DNA from: Podospora anserina
Lineage: Eukaryota
NCBI GenBank assembly: GCA_017654855.1
Contig: CM030337.1
Location: forward strand, 62,001 to 126,000
Reading direction: 5' to 3'
Length of the DNA stretch: 64,000 nt
Of the stretch, positions 39,052 to 52,583 are shown one piece after another; positions within the stretch are counted from its first letter, which is position 1, and each line of letters starts with the position of its first letter. The position numbers and the translations under genes are program-made. Below the pieces are notes generated by a model. That model saw nothing but the letters and a program-made list of their open reading frames with translations, was not told the origin of the DNA and did not search any database.

Positions 39052-42000
39052 ATGGATTCTAGCCCACAGAAAGATGACGCCTCGGCGACCGACCAATCCC
39101 CAACAGACACCCGCCGCCCATCACGGTACGAGTCCATCACCGGTCAAGACGATCGCATGGATGAGAGCTTTCAGTCGACGGATACTGTGCGGAGAAAGCC
39201 AGAAGGTGGGTAGAATCAGATGTCAAGAAACCCTTGAGAACTCCACCAGCCTGGCCACGTGCTTGGCATTCCCGGGTGACCACCTTTGTTGACGTCTTGG
39301 GATCCCCTCACGCCATTGCTGTCTTTGGGGATTTGAACATGTTGCTGACTCTTTTCGTATTTTCTTCTCTCGATACACAGACTCAACCATGCAAAGCCCG
39401 AACCTGGCCAGCGGCGCATTTACAGACCCGGGCCAATCCAGTCGAACCACATCAGTCACCGTACGCTCGCCATTGCTAGGCCCGCGAACACGCCCACGAA
39501 AACCCGCCATGCCGCGTCGTACATCGACGACAGCCCAGGCACCGCACCGAGGAGGTGTGTACTCGGTTGACGACGGTATCGCCGAGGTCGAGGCGGATGC
39601 TGTCGAGCGCCAGCACAGCTATGCCGCCTCTGTTCGGAGACGCACCCATGCTCCACCGTCGCTCTCGCGAGTCCATTCCAGGGACGAGGATGGCCCCAGC
39701 GACTGGCCCGAAGAACAGCACGAACAAGGCAGCACGGTACCGGGGGTCGACAACGGTGAGCAGCGTTTGGACGAGCAGGTTTCGGACGAGACTCCGGCCG
39801 AGGATGACGGCGAAATCAGCGACGCCGAAAGCTTCACCCTCAAGGACCGCCAACAAGCGATTAACCAAACCCATCCGTTTGGCATCAGGCTATGGAAACC
39901 AGCTCTGTACAAGAAGGATCGTTCGGTGCAAAAGAACGCCGAGGCAGACGTGCATTCGTCGCCGGGTGGGCACGTTAGCAGCTGGCTACTGTTCTTCGAC
40001 ATCATATGGACCCTCGCCTTTGGTTGGTGGATGGCTCTGTTCGCCTTTGTCGGCGCCGTCATCTGCTTCTGCTTTGCTGCTGCCCCCAGCGGCCGGGAGT
40101 ACGGCCGTGTCTTGTGGGGTCTGGCAGGGTATTTGTTTTACCCCTTTGGCAAGTTTGTGCGTCTGGAGCAGCAGGAGGCTTACCTGGAGGAAGACTTGGG
40201 CGAAGGCAGGAGCATCAGCGAGTATGAGCAATGGCAAAGCGGCGACCTCGAGTATGGCCGGCTCTTCTTTGGCCCGGACAGCAACCGCTCCATCATTGGC
40301 CGATCCCGCAGGAGTCTTGATTCGGAACCGGACGAGACGGAGAGCCTTTTGTCAAGGGGCCGTGGGCGAGGTTCGGATTCTGATCTGCCACGGATGAAGC
40401 GACGCTTGTTTGGCCGTGGTCAGTGGAACATCGGTCGTGTCGTCTTCTTCCTTTTCTTTTACTTCCTGATCACGCCCTCTCTGTTCATCGTGTCGGCCAT
40501 CTGCTGGTTTTTGGTGTTTTGGATTCCCATGGGCAAGGTCACAATGCTCTTGTTTTCGCATCTCCGCCGCCATCCACTAGCATTGTCCTTCGAGTCCGAT
40601 ATGGCCTCTGCCAGAGCACCGGCTGGTCTCCAGTCTTCGATTCTGGTCTGCACCTATCGAGCTGTCGGCCTCAAATATTGGAAATACACGATTGATGGAA
40701 CGAACATCTTTCTGATCAACCTCTTGGCCGTGGTCGGTTTTGTCGTTGTGGACTGGCTTGTGTTGCATCAGGCCCTGGGCGTCCACAACTTCTTCACCTC
40801 GTCGGCCTTCTTGTTCATTGCCGGCCTGCTGTCCATCATTCCCCTTGCCTACTTTATTGGCCAGGCTGTCGCATCCATCTCGGCCCAGTCCTCCATGGGT
40901 CTTGGTGCTGCCATCAACGCCTTCTTCTCCACCATTGTCGAGGTCTTTCTCTACTGCGTGGCTCTGCGCCAGGGCAAGGCTCAGCTCGTAGAAGGCAGCA
41001 TTGTTGGCAGCATCTTTGCCGGCATCCTATTCCTCCCCGGTCTTTCCATGTGCTGCGGAGCCATCAAGCGCAAAACCCAGCGCTTCAACTCGAGATCGGC
41101 CGGCGTGACATCGACCATGCTCCTCTTTGCCGTCATCGCCGCGTTTGGCCCGACTCTGTTTTACCAAATCTACGGAACCCACGAACTGACCTGCCAGGAC
41201 TGCACCAACTTTGACCACCCTAACCGGGGCGGCGGTGCTCTTCGGGACTGCCGCCGTTGTTACTTTTCGCAGACGCCTGCTATTAATGATCGTTTCTATC
41301 TCCAGGCGGTGCGTCCCTACTGCTACCTTGCCGCGGGCATGTTATTCTTGTCATACGCTATTGGCCTATGGTTTACGCTCCGCACGCACGCCGCCGTCAT
41401 CTGGAACACTGACGTGGACGAGAAGAAGCACGAGGATCAGCCCACTGCCCATAGCACAACCCGGCCATCACACACCATGTCTGTCGGCGACGCCAGCGGT
41501 GCCGACATTCGCGACTCCCATTTGTACAAGCGCATTCTCGGTCAATCCCTGCGTCAGGTCGGGCATATCCCCAAGCTGGATGAGCAGTCTCGCAACAGCT
41601 CAACCTTGTCGGCAGGCAAGGCCAATGGAACGCCGCATGTCGTCCCTCCCAAATCCACCAGCTACGGAACGGAAACGCTGGGGACCAACATGAATATCCC
41701 GGGATTCAGTGATGCCGAGAATAACAACCTCGTCCATCAGGTGGCAGAGATTGCCGCCACCGCGGCAACAGTGGCGGCGAGAAATGTGCAGAGGCCCCGA
41801 CAGATGTCTCATCATGCCTCTACCGTTTCGGCCGCTGGTCATGGATCTGCTTCTGGAAGCCGTTCGGGCGCCTCTCGTCCCACTACAGTCTCGATTGGCG
41901 AGGATCTCGGGGAGTCTGGCGCGGGATCGGGTGGCCACGGCGGTCATGACGCGCCCAACTGGAGCCGTCTGAAGAGTTCCGTCATTTTGATGGGTGCCAC

Positions 42001-42574
42001 GGTTCTCTACGCCATTGTTGCCGAGATCTTGGTCGACACAGTGGATGTTGTTCTGGAAAATTTTGAGATTGACGAAAAGTTCCTCGGGATCACGCTCTTT
42101 GCGCTTGTGCCCAACACCACTGAGTTCCTGAACGCCATTTCGTTTGCCATGAACGGCAACATTGCCCTGTCCATGGAGATTGGTTCCGCCTACGCCCTCC
42201 AGGTCTGCCTCCTGCAGATTCCGGCACTCGTCTTGTTTTCAGCCCTCTATCCTCCCGTCGGCGTTCCCATGGAGGATGTCGCCAAGTTCACCTTCAGTCT
42301 GCTTTTCCCGCAGTGGGACATGGTGACGGTGATCCTGTGCGTCTTCTTGCTCAGTTACATGTACGGTGAAGGAAAGAGCAATTACTTCAAGGGCAGCATC
42401 CTGTTGCTCAGCTATCTGGTGGTGATCATCGGCTTCTACTTTAGCGGCTACGGAACTAGTTTTGAGAGCCCGCAGAGCACTGTCAGCCGATTCGACACAA
42501 TGGGTAGTGACGGTCAGTGGATGAGCTACAAGTACAAGACGGTTGGAAGGAGTACATCTGGTGTGGCTTTTTGA
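39052..42574 (+). CDS. VNX1: Vnx1-type cation/H+ exchanger (CAX family, YccF-like domain plus two Na_Ca_ex repeats)
   Basis: Exon 1 39052-39205, intron 39206-39380. TLKDRQQAINQTHPFGIRLWKPALYKK, alpha-1 repeat GAAINAFFSTIVE, GSIVGSI, alpha-2 repeat VPNTTEFLNAISFA, GKSNYFKG. Confidence 0.9.
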
Positions 42575-44308
42575 TGTTCTGTATCCCTCCGCTCTCGACG
42601 CGCAGCATCGGATTTCATCTTTGACACTGCATATGCTAGCATGGCCTCACAAACAGAGGGCATCACAGCACAACAGCCTTGATTATTCACAATACCCTCT
42701 CTCTGAAATACAGTTCCGCGTCTACCTTTTGTTTCTTTTTTATTTCCTTTTTCTTGATGCTCATTATCACTGGTATGAGGACGTCCGGGCGGGGAGTTGG
42801 GGCGTTGTGTATTGTTCGGCAAGATTGTACTTAGAATGACGGGCGGGCATGAGAATTACAAGACATGTCCAACAACAAAATGGTGTATGCAGGAAGGGGA
42901 GGAGGCAGGCCGGTTTATTGGTGAGGAGGTACGGCAGTTAACCTAGTGAGGAGAGAATAATGTGACTACCTACGAATATAACATTCACGAGAGACTCGTG
43001 TCCGGTGCATGATAACCATCGTGGAGATGGATGGCTTTTCATTGGTGGGAACGTTGCGATGCAGTGTTCTCGTCATTACAGTCGGCCGGCAGTTGGGGAC
43101 TGGGAAGCTCAGCCACATCCGTTGTAGCATTCGATCGTTTTTGCCAAGCTACGGCTTTTGATCAAGTGCCATGGTTTCATTCAATCTGGGGTCAAAATCG
43201 AGAGCTACGATTGGCTGCAATGCTGCTTGGTGTAGGTATCACATTAATGGCCATATCACTCCGCACACCGTTTGGCTATGCCCTCATAATTGATGGGGAG
43301 GGTGAGTGTCCAGTCGAAGCGAAATGGCAACTTTGACAACCAAGTGCCACAGGGGCGCTCAATCAGAGGCACAAAACTGTTTATCGACAGGTTGAGATAT
43401 AATTTAATCGATTTTATTCTTGGCTTTCCTTTATAGCTGCTCTATCACCGCTTCTCAACACTAGAACTATCATCTGGTCCCGTCAGTCACTCCGCGGGCC
43501 ATTAGCGGACAAATCTATGGCTTCCTCCCGTTCAATACCTTGTAGGTAAATGAAGGGCTCAGGGCACACTCTATCAGTGGTGGCCGTCGATAGCAAGGAC
43601 GAGATCTGCAATTCCTTGCAAAAGCCGGCGATATGACTGCAAGACCAGTGCTACATTCCGATAGGCTGAGGAGAGAACGGATCAAAATTTGGCTAAACCA
43701 CAAATGCCGATGATCTATTGCGGGACTTGATATCCTGGAGATATCACCTCTGGTGACGTCTTATTCGTCGAAGTGTTATCATATGAGGGTATTCGGTACT
43801 TGGATTCCCATCCCAAAGGCAGCGAAGTTGATGCGGAAGCTGGTCCTCAATGCCAGTCGACCAAAAGAGAAGGGCGTAGACCAAGATCGGCACAAGCCTC
43901 GTCGCAGGTAAACTGTTTTGCCTCTCAAACCGCTGGCACTTGGTGGAGAGTTTGTTGATCATTGGGAAACCGTCAGACAATCATCACGGTGGTCCTTTCC
44001 AGGCAGGCCTTGGTAGGTACATAGAACAAGATAATTCAGATGAAGCCAGTAGCCAACTCCGATCATGTCTTCCTTGGTGATACAGCTTGGTAGAGAATAA
44101 TCCCGGCTACCCGTACACGGAAGCTGCAACTGCATACTCCATACTCCCATAAATGCAACTTCCGTGCTACCTACCGGAGAGGGGTGTTGGTATTCATCAG
44201 ACCAAGAGCGGGGAAGAGTTGAGCTGAGGGATAAGAACAGCCCTCTGTCCCTCCCCCGAAACCAAGCTTCCTGTTGTTCATCAACTTTTTCCTCAGCTCG
44301 CCTTCAAA

Positions 44309-45657
44309 ATGGTGTCTCTTACTGATCTCTTTCTCGCTTCCCTTTTGGTGCCAACCAGCCTTGGCTCTGCCCTGCCACCTCGGATCGATACGATTGACCA
44401 AAGGGGTGGACGGGTCACCTTGAAGCAAGTGCGCAATCCGCGTGGCCACAAAGCTTTCAACCCGGCCAGGGCAACATACAGAACCTTTCTCAAATACGGT
44501 GTCCCAGCTCCTGATTACATCAAGAAGGCAGTCGCCCATATCGACGAGGAACAAGAGGAGGCTTTTGCAAGGATAAAACGCGACACGGGCTCGGCGGCTG
44601 CCATACCCATCAACGAGGTAGACATTGCCTATGTCACCCCCGTCACCATCGGAACCCCCCCACAGACGCTCATGCTCGACTTGGACACTGGATCCTCGGA
44701 TCTGTGGGTTTTCAGTAGCTTGACACCAAGCAACCAGGTCAGGGGCCAAGAGATTTACAGTCCCACCAAGTCGAGCACATCCAAACTCCTCAGCGGCCAC
44801 ACATGGAGTATTAGATATGGAGATGGGTCCGGTTCTCGTGGCACTGTATACACGGACAACTTCACCATTGGCGGGCTTGAAGTGAAGAGCCAAGCTGTCC
44901 AAGCAGCCCTGGAGGTCTCCTCCAGCTTCACCCAGGAGCAAAGTCTCGACGGGCTTGTCGGTCTGGGCTTTTCGGCCCTCAACACTGTACGGCCAAGTAG
45001 CCAGTTGACCTTTTTCGACAACGCGCGACCAAATCTTGATGAGGAGGTTTTCACAGCCGATCTCAAGTATCACGCCAGTAAGGTTTTTCTTCTTCCACTC
45101 TTCTTGCCAATATCTCCAGAGCCCCTGTTAACAAATGACGTGTCACAGCCGGCAGTTACGACTTTGGTTTCATTGACAGCAAGAAATACGCCGGAAACAT
45201 AACCTACACGGCTGTTCAACAGTCGCCCGGGTACTGGACTCACTCGCTGTCTGGGTATTCTGTTGGATCCGGGGCGTTTCAGGCATCGCAAATCAGCGGA
45301 ATCAGTGACACCGGTACTACATTGCTGTACCTCCCTACAGCTATCGTAACGGCATACTACCGCCAAGTCCAAGGAGCACAAAACTCCCAATACTACGGCG
45401 GCTACGTCTTCCCTTGTTCCAGCACCCTCCCCACATTCACTTTTGGCATTGAAGGTGCCAGGTTCACCATTCCTGCTTCATACATCAACTACACACGCAT
45501 TTCCCCGACTTCCACGACGTGCTATGGCGGCTTACAGAGCAGCTCGGGTTTGGGGATCAATATCTTTGGCGATGTCGCGCTGAAAGCTGCGTTTGTGGTG
45601 TTCAGTGGGACGAACCCGCCCAGAATTGGATTTGCTATCAAGCCATTGGCATCTTGA
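44309..45657 (+). CDS. papA: Secreted A1 aspartic protease (podosporapepsin)
   Basis: Signal and propeptide ending in a KR Kex2 site, catalytic DTGS and DTGT, intron 45078-45148, IFGDVALK. Sequence matches Podospora anserina podosporapepsin as recalled, not verified by search. Confidence 0.88.
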
Positions 45658-46189
45658 CCGCCGTATTATGGAAACCTGATAAGAATGAGGTCAGAAGGGA
45701 CAGGGGGGGTAAGTCTGTAATGAGCTAGAGATATTTTTTACGTGGGTGTTTCAGCGCTGGACAGCTCGTTCTCTTCTGTTGAAATTTCTCATCGAACTAC
45801 TCATAGCTTCACAACTCTGAATCTTAATCTCGATATGACGGGTGGTTACTAAAGCATCACCTTTGTCGATTTTCATAGCCCATTACTTGTGTATCTTGAT
45901 CTGTATGGGGAAGCATACAGTTACGTCCACATATGCTAAGGGAAAGGCTGCGGTTTTTCTGACCAAGGTATTTTCAAAGTGAGGTCTTTTGGTTTCAGCA
46001 CCCAGAGGCACCCCAGGATAAGACCACAACCACGTACACTCAAGTCACGAACTAAAGTCTACAGTTTTCATGTTGTCACTGAAAAGGGGACAGGTAAACT
46101 TTCCATTTGTCATGTTTAGCATAGATATAAACTTGACCCATGAATGTTCTATCTGAATGAAAAAGCTCGCCCGCCATGCTAGTCCCTGC

Positions 46190-46925
46190 TCAATCCTCGT
46201 TTAACCCTACGACCTGGTAAGGCCACAGTGATGCATCCACAGGCTCGCAGTTGACTTCGGTGTTGGTGAAGTCCTCATTCTCGCTGACAGCCTCCGAGCA
46301 GGAGAGGGTTACTTGAGTCGTTCCCCGTGTGATAAACGTCCCACTAGGCATCATCAGTTCACATGTGGCTAAAATCACGGGGGGGATGGAGTACGTACGA
46401 AATAGCTCCTTCGCTGCAAGGGATAACCTCCTGGATCGCTAGCGAACCGGCTTCTTTATTGAACCTGAAGGCAACTTGAGATCCTTCTGGGGCGCCTTCA
46501 CCCACAGAACACAGATACTCTTGCTCGCCGTCAAAGAAACTGATATCAGAATTAGTATTGCTGGCCGCGGTGCAGTCGGCGGTGTATGTGGTGGCGGTGT
46601 TGCTCAAGGTGAAGGAGAGATAGGCCCATGCATCGGGTTCTTTGCCGGGAACTGTGACGACAGACGATTCGTATTCAAGCTGCGAGATGGACCATTCAAG
46701 GTCAAGGATGGAATTCCAACACACTCCATCTCTAGAGAGAATCGGCTTTGGGGTGGGAGTTGGAGCTGGTTCTGCGCGGATGTCCTCCACCGCAGGGCCC
46801 TCCTCTCCAGCAAGTTCTTCGTGGGCCGAGATGATCTCGAGGGCACGGCGATGAACAGCATGGGCCGGTCCAGCAGCAGCCGTGGCAGCCAAAATAAGGG
46901 CAGGAAGCAGAGCTTTGGTCAACAT
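46190..46925 (-). CDS. Secreted Alt a 1 (AA1)-like domain protein
   Basis: Signal peptide MLTKALLPALILAATAAA, WSISQLEYESS..AYLSFTLSN..CTA..FFDGEQEYLC..FRFN..L.I, six Cys. Intron 46398-46344. Confidence 0.7.
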
Positions 46926-49158
46926 CTCGTCGTATACGTAGATGCTGGGAAGATGCCGAGGATGTCGAGTTACACGGTCAAAGAAGGTGAGCAGGTGTAA
47001 GCAAGAACATCGAAAAGAGGGCGCAAGTTTGGCAATAAATAAACATTTTGGCTAGCACCTGAAAAGTTCAGGTTTTGGGGAGCCGATGTTTGTTTGGCTC
47101 TGGCTATTTTCGGCATCACGTCTCCCGCATCTTGCTCGGCCTCATTCACCCACGGGCCCTGTCACTTGCTGCCGCCATACAGACAAACTAAACCCCGTTT
47201 GAAGCGAAGAGGCCTCCCCATCCATTGTCCAAAACATGGTTCCCAGTGGTTCTTAAGTGTAAGGAGAGGCGGCAGAGCCGATCACCGTTGCGATATTGTC
47301 ACTGTTGTGCACTGGTCTGGCCAAGAGGCTGCGCAGATACAACTGCTGGGCAAGGGCACACTGGTACCGAGGACCAGGGACCGCACCATCAACAGAATTG
47401 TCCGATTCAGTGTTGATAGGCTCGTCCGTGCTGGGGTGTTACCGTGTCGGCATCATGCTTCCGGAGCACCTTGTTCCGGTTGCTGCAACCTTGGATGCAG
47501 GACCTAACACTCGCAACCAGGTAAGAAGAGCTTTATTCATCAGTGAAGGAAACATCATGGCCACAAATAGCAAAGGGTCCCCGCATTCAGGTGAGAATAT
47601 ATTAAAACTAAGCCTCCACCCGATGTATTGTCACCATTGAGGTCTTAGTCTCTCGTTATAACCATGGACTGGATAAATTGAATCCAGGTCCACGTGCATG
47701 ATAAAAATAGTATTCCTTGCACTTAGCTCTTGATGGATGTGGATAGCTGGTGTAGCCCACACCTCACTGAGAACATGGAAAGTTCAAGTTAAAAGGAGTG
47801 AGCACCTCCGATAGGCAACCCTTGATAGAGGGCAGCTTCGAGGGCTGAATGGCTAGTCCAAAGCCCTCAGTTGAAACCATATCTGTAGTAGTATCCATTG
47901 ATCTTTCCAAATACCCTCATATATTGTTGCACAGCTTGCCAGATAGCTTTCCATCCATGGTTAACATCTTGCTGAGTAAGGTAGCATCCCAGTGTGTGTG
48001 TGAACCGGGCATGAGATCGTGGTGAGCCCAGGTGCACCTAACTAATTGTTGGAGGAATACAAATATCACTTCTGAGACAACCTGAAGCCCATAGATATCA
48101 GGGATGTTCTGGTTCCTAGATCTCAGGGTAAGGTAAGGAGGGTGCGAGGAGGTATCAGCCACTCATATGTGCCCAGTACTGTTCAGTAAATAGTCTATTG
48201 GCTCCCATGATTACGTATTCAAAGCGATGCGCTTACATGGAAATTCAGAGTTGGAATTTCCCCACCCTGTTGGTATGGACTCTTTATCATCCTGGGGCAA
48301 TATAAGCAGGCTACCCACCAGATGTAATCTACCTTCTACGACTTACAGAAGAAGGCTTTGTTTAGTATGAAGTATAATTTAGTGTCAAGTATAAATTATC
48401 ATGTATCATTATGAAACATGATGTCCAGTACAACCTTCCTCTGCTATTGGAAGCGACCTATCTTATTAGCCAGAGGTGGCAATAGAAGGAATCACTGCTC
48501 CTCGTCCTTATGCGCTGTATTCCTCTAGAGTTCACATTCCTGTCGTCAGTCATCGCCATCCCGTAGAGCAGTGTGAAGCATCAGCCTCCTGGAATTATCG
48601 AATAGTTAGGTCAATACATATACAAGGTAAGGTGGTCCGGTCTGTTTTTATAGAGCGAAAAAGCAGCACCAAGCGAACCAACTCAACCGTTCGGATAAAG
48701 AGTACAAGCTTTCATCTACGTGATTCTTGGTTGCGGCGGGTGCCTTCTCATTGAAAATAGCAGCGCAGGTGACAAACCTGCAGCTTCAAAGTTGTTTTAT
48801 GCCAGGGTGAACGGATTACATGACACCTGAAACAGACGAATGGAATGCCGAACTTCAAAAGCCCGATGTAATATATTCGTGGTCGTTCTCAATTTATACA
48901 ACTACCGGGTTCACCTACAACCCAGTTAAATCTGGCTAAACCTGGCCAACTTGGAAGCCCAAGAAGCTTGGTGATCCGTAACAGGCAGTTCCACGGAGGT
49001 AAGCTGCCGATTTGTGGATTTCTAGCACACATGACAGAATGAGACATTCAGGTATTTATCACCCGTGATTCCCAGTAAACTGGCAAGATTTCCATTTTTT
49101 CACAAAGAAGACCACCTTCATCAATCCGGAATTATTCTACTCTCTTACGGAAGGCAAC

Positions 49159-50051
49159 ATGAAGATTCTCAGCGTATTCTTACTCGCAGCTGTCGCTGTT
49201 GAGGGTCATTGTACGTTTGTGTTCACTGATATACAGCCTACTAGCCTGCAAGACTGACACAGCTCCCTACAAAGACACATTTCCTAGACTCGTCGTCAAC
49301 GGCAAGACCGTGGAAGACAGAGACTGGCTCTTTACCCGTCAAACTAAGAACGCGCAGTCCAAGTCAGGCATTGAAAATCCCAACAGCGGAGATATCAGGT
49401 GTTACTCTTCCACAACAGCCCCCCAAATCGCCACAGTCCCTGCAGGCGCTTCGGTGAACTACATTTCTACTCAACAAATCAACCACCCGGGCCCCACCCA
49501 ATACTATCTCGCTCGCGTCCCTGCAGGCTCGTCAGCAAGGACCTGGGACGGTTCCGGAAGCGTTTGGTGGAAGTTTGCATCAACCATGCCCTACCATGAT
49601 GCCAACAAACAGCTTGTCTGGCCTGCTCAGAGTACATACCTATGTCGCTATCCTGCCATATTTTGGACTTGAGTTGACAGCAACCAGACACCTATGCTAC
49701 TCACCCCGCGGTCATTCCGGCCAACACCCCGAGCGGCGAATATCTCCTACGAGTAGAGCAGATTGCCTTGCACATGGCTAGCCAAGCAAACAAGGCACAG
49801 TTTTATATCTCCTGCTCACAAATCAACATTACCAACGGAGGGAACGGAACTCCAGGCCCAACCGTCTCCCTCCCTGGGGCCTATAGGTGGGATACCCACC
49901 CTGCATAACTCTAGCTCATGAGCCCATGTACCTATAGTGGCTAACTTGTAACATTCCACTCAGGTCCAACGACCCTGGAATTCAGGTGAATATCTACAAC
50001 CTCCAGCCAGATGCCTATCGCGCTCCAGGTCCTGCGCCCTGGCAGGGTTAG
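49159..50051 (+). CDS. AA9 lytic polysaccharide monooxygenase, catalytic domain only
   Basis: Exons 49159-49210, 49275-49631, 49688-49886 and 49964-50051. [56 protein letters not shown]. Confidence 0.93.
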
Positions 50052-50319
50052 GTCGAGTCGACAGCTCTGGGGCACATCTGTGTTGGCGATGGAGGCTATG
50101 AATGGGAGGGACAAGTCCACATCCGATACCAAGTCGCTCGCTAGGCTGGTTGGATTTTCAAGATGAAAGATCATTCCTTTTTACCTGTATTCATTCATGC
50201 AGGACATACAGGCATGGGATGGAGTGAAGCTTACCTGGCAGGCTAGACAAGAGATGGGACAAGAGACTTGTGGTTGTACTTTCTCAACTTCTTCAAGTGA
50301 CTCATTTGGCTACCTACCA

Positions 50320-50625
50320 TACGGCTAAGTGTCGGACACTGCTTGTTATGTTGTTGCTGCTATCGTGTGAGCCCATCCATTAGCCTGCCCGTTGAAAACT
50401 GCACCTTGGGTATCAATAAAGGCCCAGTAAAGGCCCATGGCAAAACGTGAAAGAACTCATGCATGATGCATGCGATCGAGCGGGGAGAAAACCATTCAAT
50501 GTTGTCAATCCCCATTCGAAAGGCAGAGAGGTTGTTGGTTGTGCTTGCCTGAGTTGATCTGTTGCTGCTTGAGCTGTTTGACGGCTTGAAAAGTAGAGAG
50601 AAAATTACGGAAAAGCGTGAAGGCT
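50320..50625 (-). pseudogene. Possible relic of an HExxH metallopeptidase-like gene
   Basis: Short ORF 50515-50360 contains IACIMHEFFHVL. A shifted frame gives FIDTQGAVFNGQANGW. A branch point and acceptor (GCTGAC-TTATAG) lie upstream near 50625-50635. Confidence 0.3.
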
Positions 50626-51156
50626 ATAAGTCAGCAGTATTGCTTTGTATGCCAGGTAGTAGAAATGGTTTTAAATGAAAGAAGTCAATGCTGAAGTTGA
50701 GAAAGTGGACAAAATCCATGCACTTTTTCGTGGTTGCCCCTCGTTAAACCTTAGATAGGTAAGAGGACAGGGCCTGTATTTCAGTTTATATTAGGACCTA
50801 TCTTACGTAGCTCAGGATGGAAGGAACGAAGGTGGTGATTGAGCGGCTCAAAGCAAATAAGCTGAGCTAAACGAACAATATCATTGCAAACTCAAAGAAA
50901 ACCTGAAGTATAGACTGGGAGTTTGACAAAAGCCCCTTGCTTGTGTGAAAGTTCTGGAGTTGGGGAGCAGTGGACCACTTTCAACGCTGGAGTTTGATAT
51001 ATGGGTTGGAGCAAAGGCGCGATATCCTAATTTCCATCATTGTCAACCGTGTCAGATGATGTGGACACTCCATCTTTCGAGGGGCCTAGTGATTAAGCTG
51101 CCAGTGTGAAAGCCCCAAGGCACTATCCTATATATTTCCACCGCCCTCTTCTTCAG

Positions 51157-52052
51157 ATGTTGACATGTTGTTGCACGTCTACCGCGGCTTTTTCTATCAA
51201 TGAACCTCCGCAACTCACCAAAAACTCGTCAACTGCTACAATCCCTTTCAGGAGCGTCCTTTTGCTAATCCTGGCCCATGGGTCAACAATCGCCGCAGCC
51301 ATTGCTGTTTCCTCGCCGGAGAACTCAGCATCGGCCTTGTCCGTCCTTCCGTCAACCGCCACTCGCACTCCCAGCATGGAGACGCAGCCTTGTCTTACAT
51401 TGATTCAAGCCGCCAATCAAGACGTGGTATTGCTGGGACTGTGAGCATTGCATCGAACACTTTTGGCAAAGGCGAGAAAGGGTACCAAGAGGTGGTCAAG
51501 CAGATTGGTGCAAAGGGGGGGACGTTGTCAATTCCGGTCACTGCTAAGAGATCAATAATATGAGTATGTGAGATGAGTATCTTAGGTAGGTGAATGACTG
51601 TCACATACTAGGACTACTGCTAACCTGTATCGAGCAGATTATCAGTGTGCACCTATGCAGGCCCATCCCTCGGCCTGACGACGACTCCCCAAGCATGACC
51701 ACCATCACCACGACAGGCGCTATCACGGGTCAGCCCACGTACATGACACTCGCTTATGCCCTCGAAACCATTGCAGATTACACTTTTCTGCGAAAACAGA
51801 AAATAACAAGGCTCTACAATCCCTTTGCGGTCACGACAACAGCCGCCACAACCGGCATGGCGACAACGACTGGCAACTACACGGACAGACCACTTCGAAG
51901 AAGCTGAACGCCTGAGCAAGTTTGTGGGAACTTTTACGATGTCAACTACTAGGTATCCTTGTGTTGAGTTACCAAGCAAGGAATATCTGTTCTATAATGT
52001 GGAGGAGTGCCCTGGTTCCAACGGGCAGTGTGCGGCGAGTTCAACTATGTGA
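51157..52052 (+). pseudogene. Possible degenerate secreted Cys/Thr-rich protein gene
   Basis: Signal-like SVLLLILAHGSTIAAAI, a Cys-rich segment in another frame (KTWYCWDCEHCIEHFW...WCKGG..GHC-stop), a canonical intron 51564-51637 (GTATGT...GCTAAC...CAG), and Thr-rich ORF pieces. No continuous frame. Confidence 0.4.
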
Positions 52053-52583
52053 TTGAGCCGCCCTACATCTTTGATGTTTCCTGTACCCTCAACGAAACCG
52101 ACTATCTAAACATGCCGGAATACCTCTAGCCGTCCGAGTTCACAATGACAGAGGTGACACAACTCATTCGAGATTTTTGCTCCTCTAAAAACCGATGATC
52201 CCACCTGTCTTCAGATGACCAAACGAGTGAGCAGCGAGAAGCGCCCCTAGGTATGTTCGTCTGGAGCAGATAAATCGGCAGTCGCCATCACAAACAACCT
52301 GGGAGGCCTTTTCCGGGTGTAATAATCATTCATTCACCTTCTACATGACAATGATGGTGAAGCTAAGGGAGTCGGGGCATGGGGGGGAACTAGATACATT
52401 CTTGGGCTATGTCGGTGGTGAAAAAAAGTAACTATGTGCGTTGAAAGTGAAAGGAATTCCGGCACATCCAGCAGAAGCACCAGTCAAACAAAAAGAGTAT
52501 TTTTGACAACTGCCTTGACCACCACTGCCGCCGCCATCCTTTTATTGGGGGCTTTATTTTCCTGGCGACAAAAGTCTGTTTTC

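Noticed and set aside
16145..52052. Premature stops as candidates for sexual-stage A-to-I stop-codon correction
   Set aside because: The interrupted genes are broken by frameshifts, deletions or splice damage rather than by a lone in-frame TAG at a conserved Trp, so editing could not restore them.
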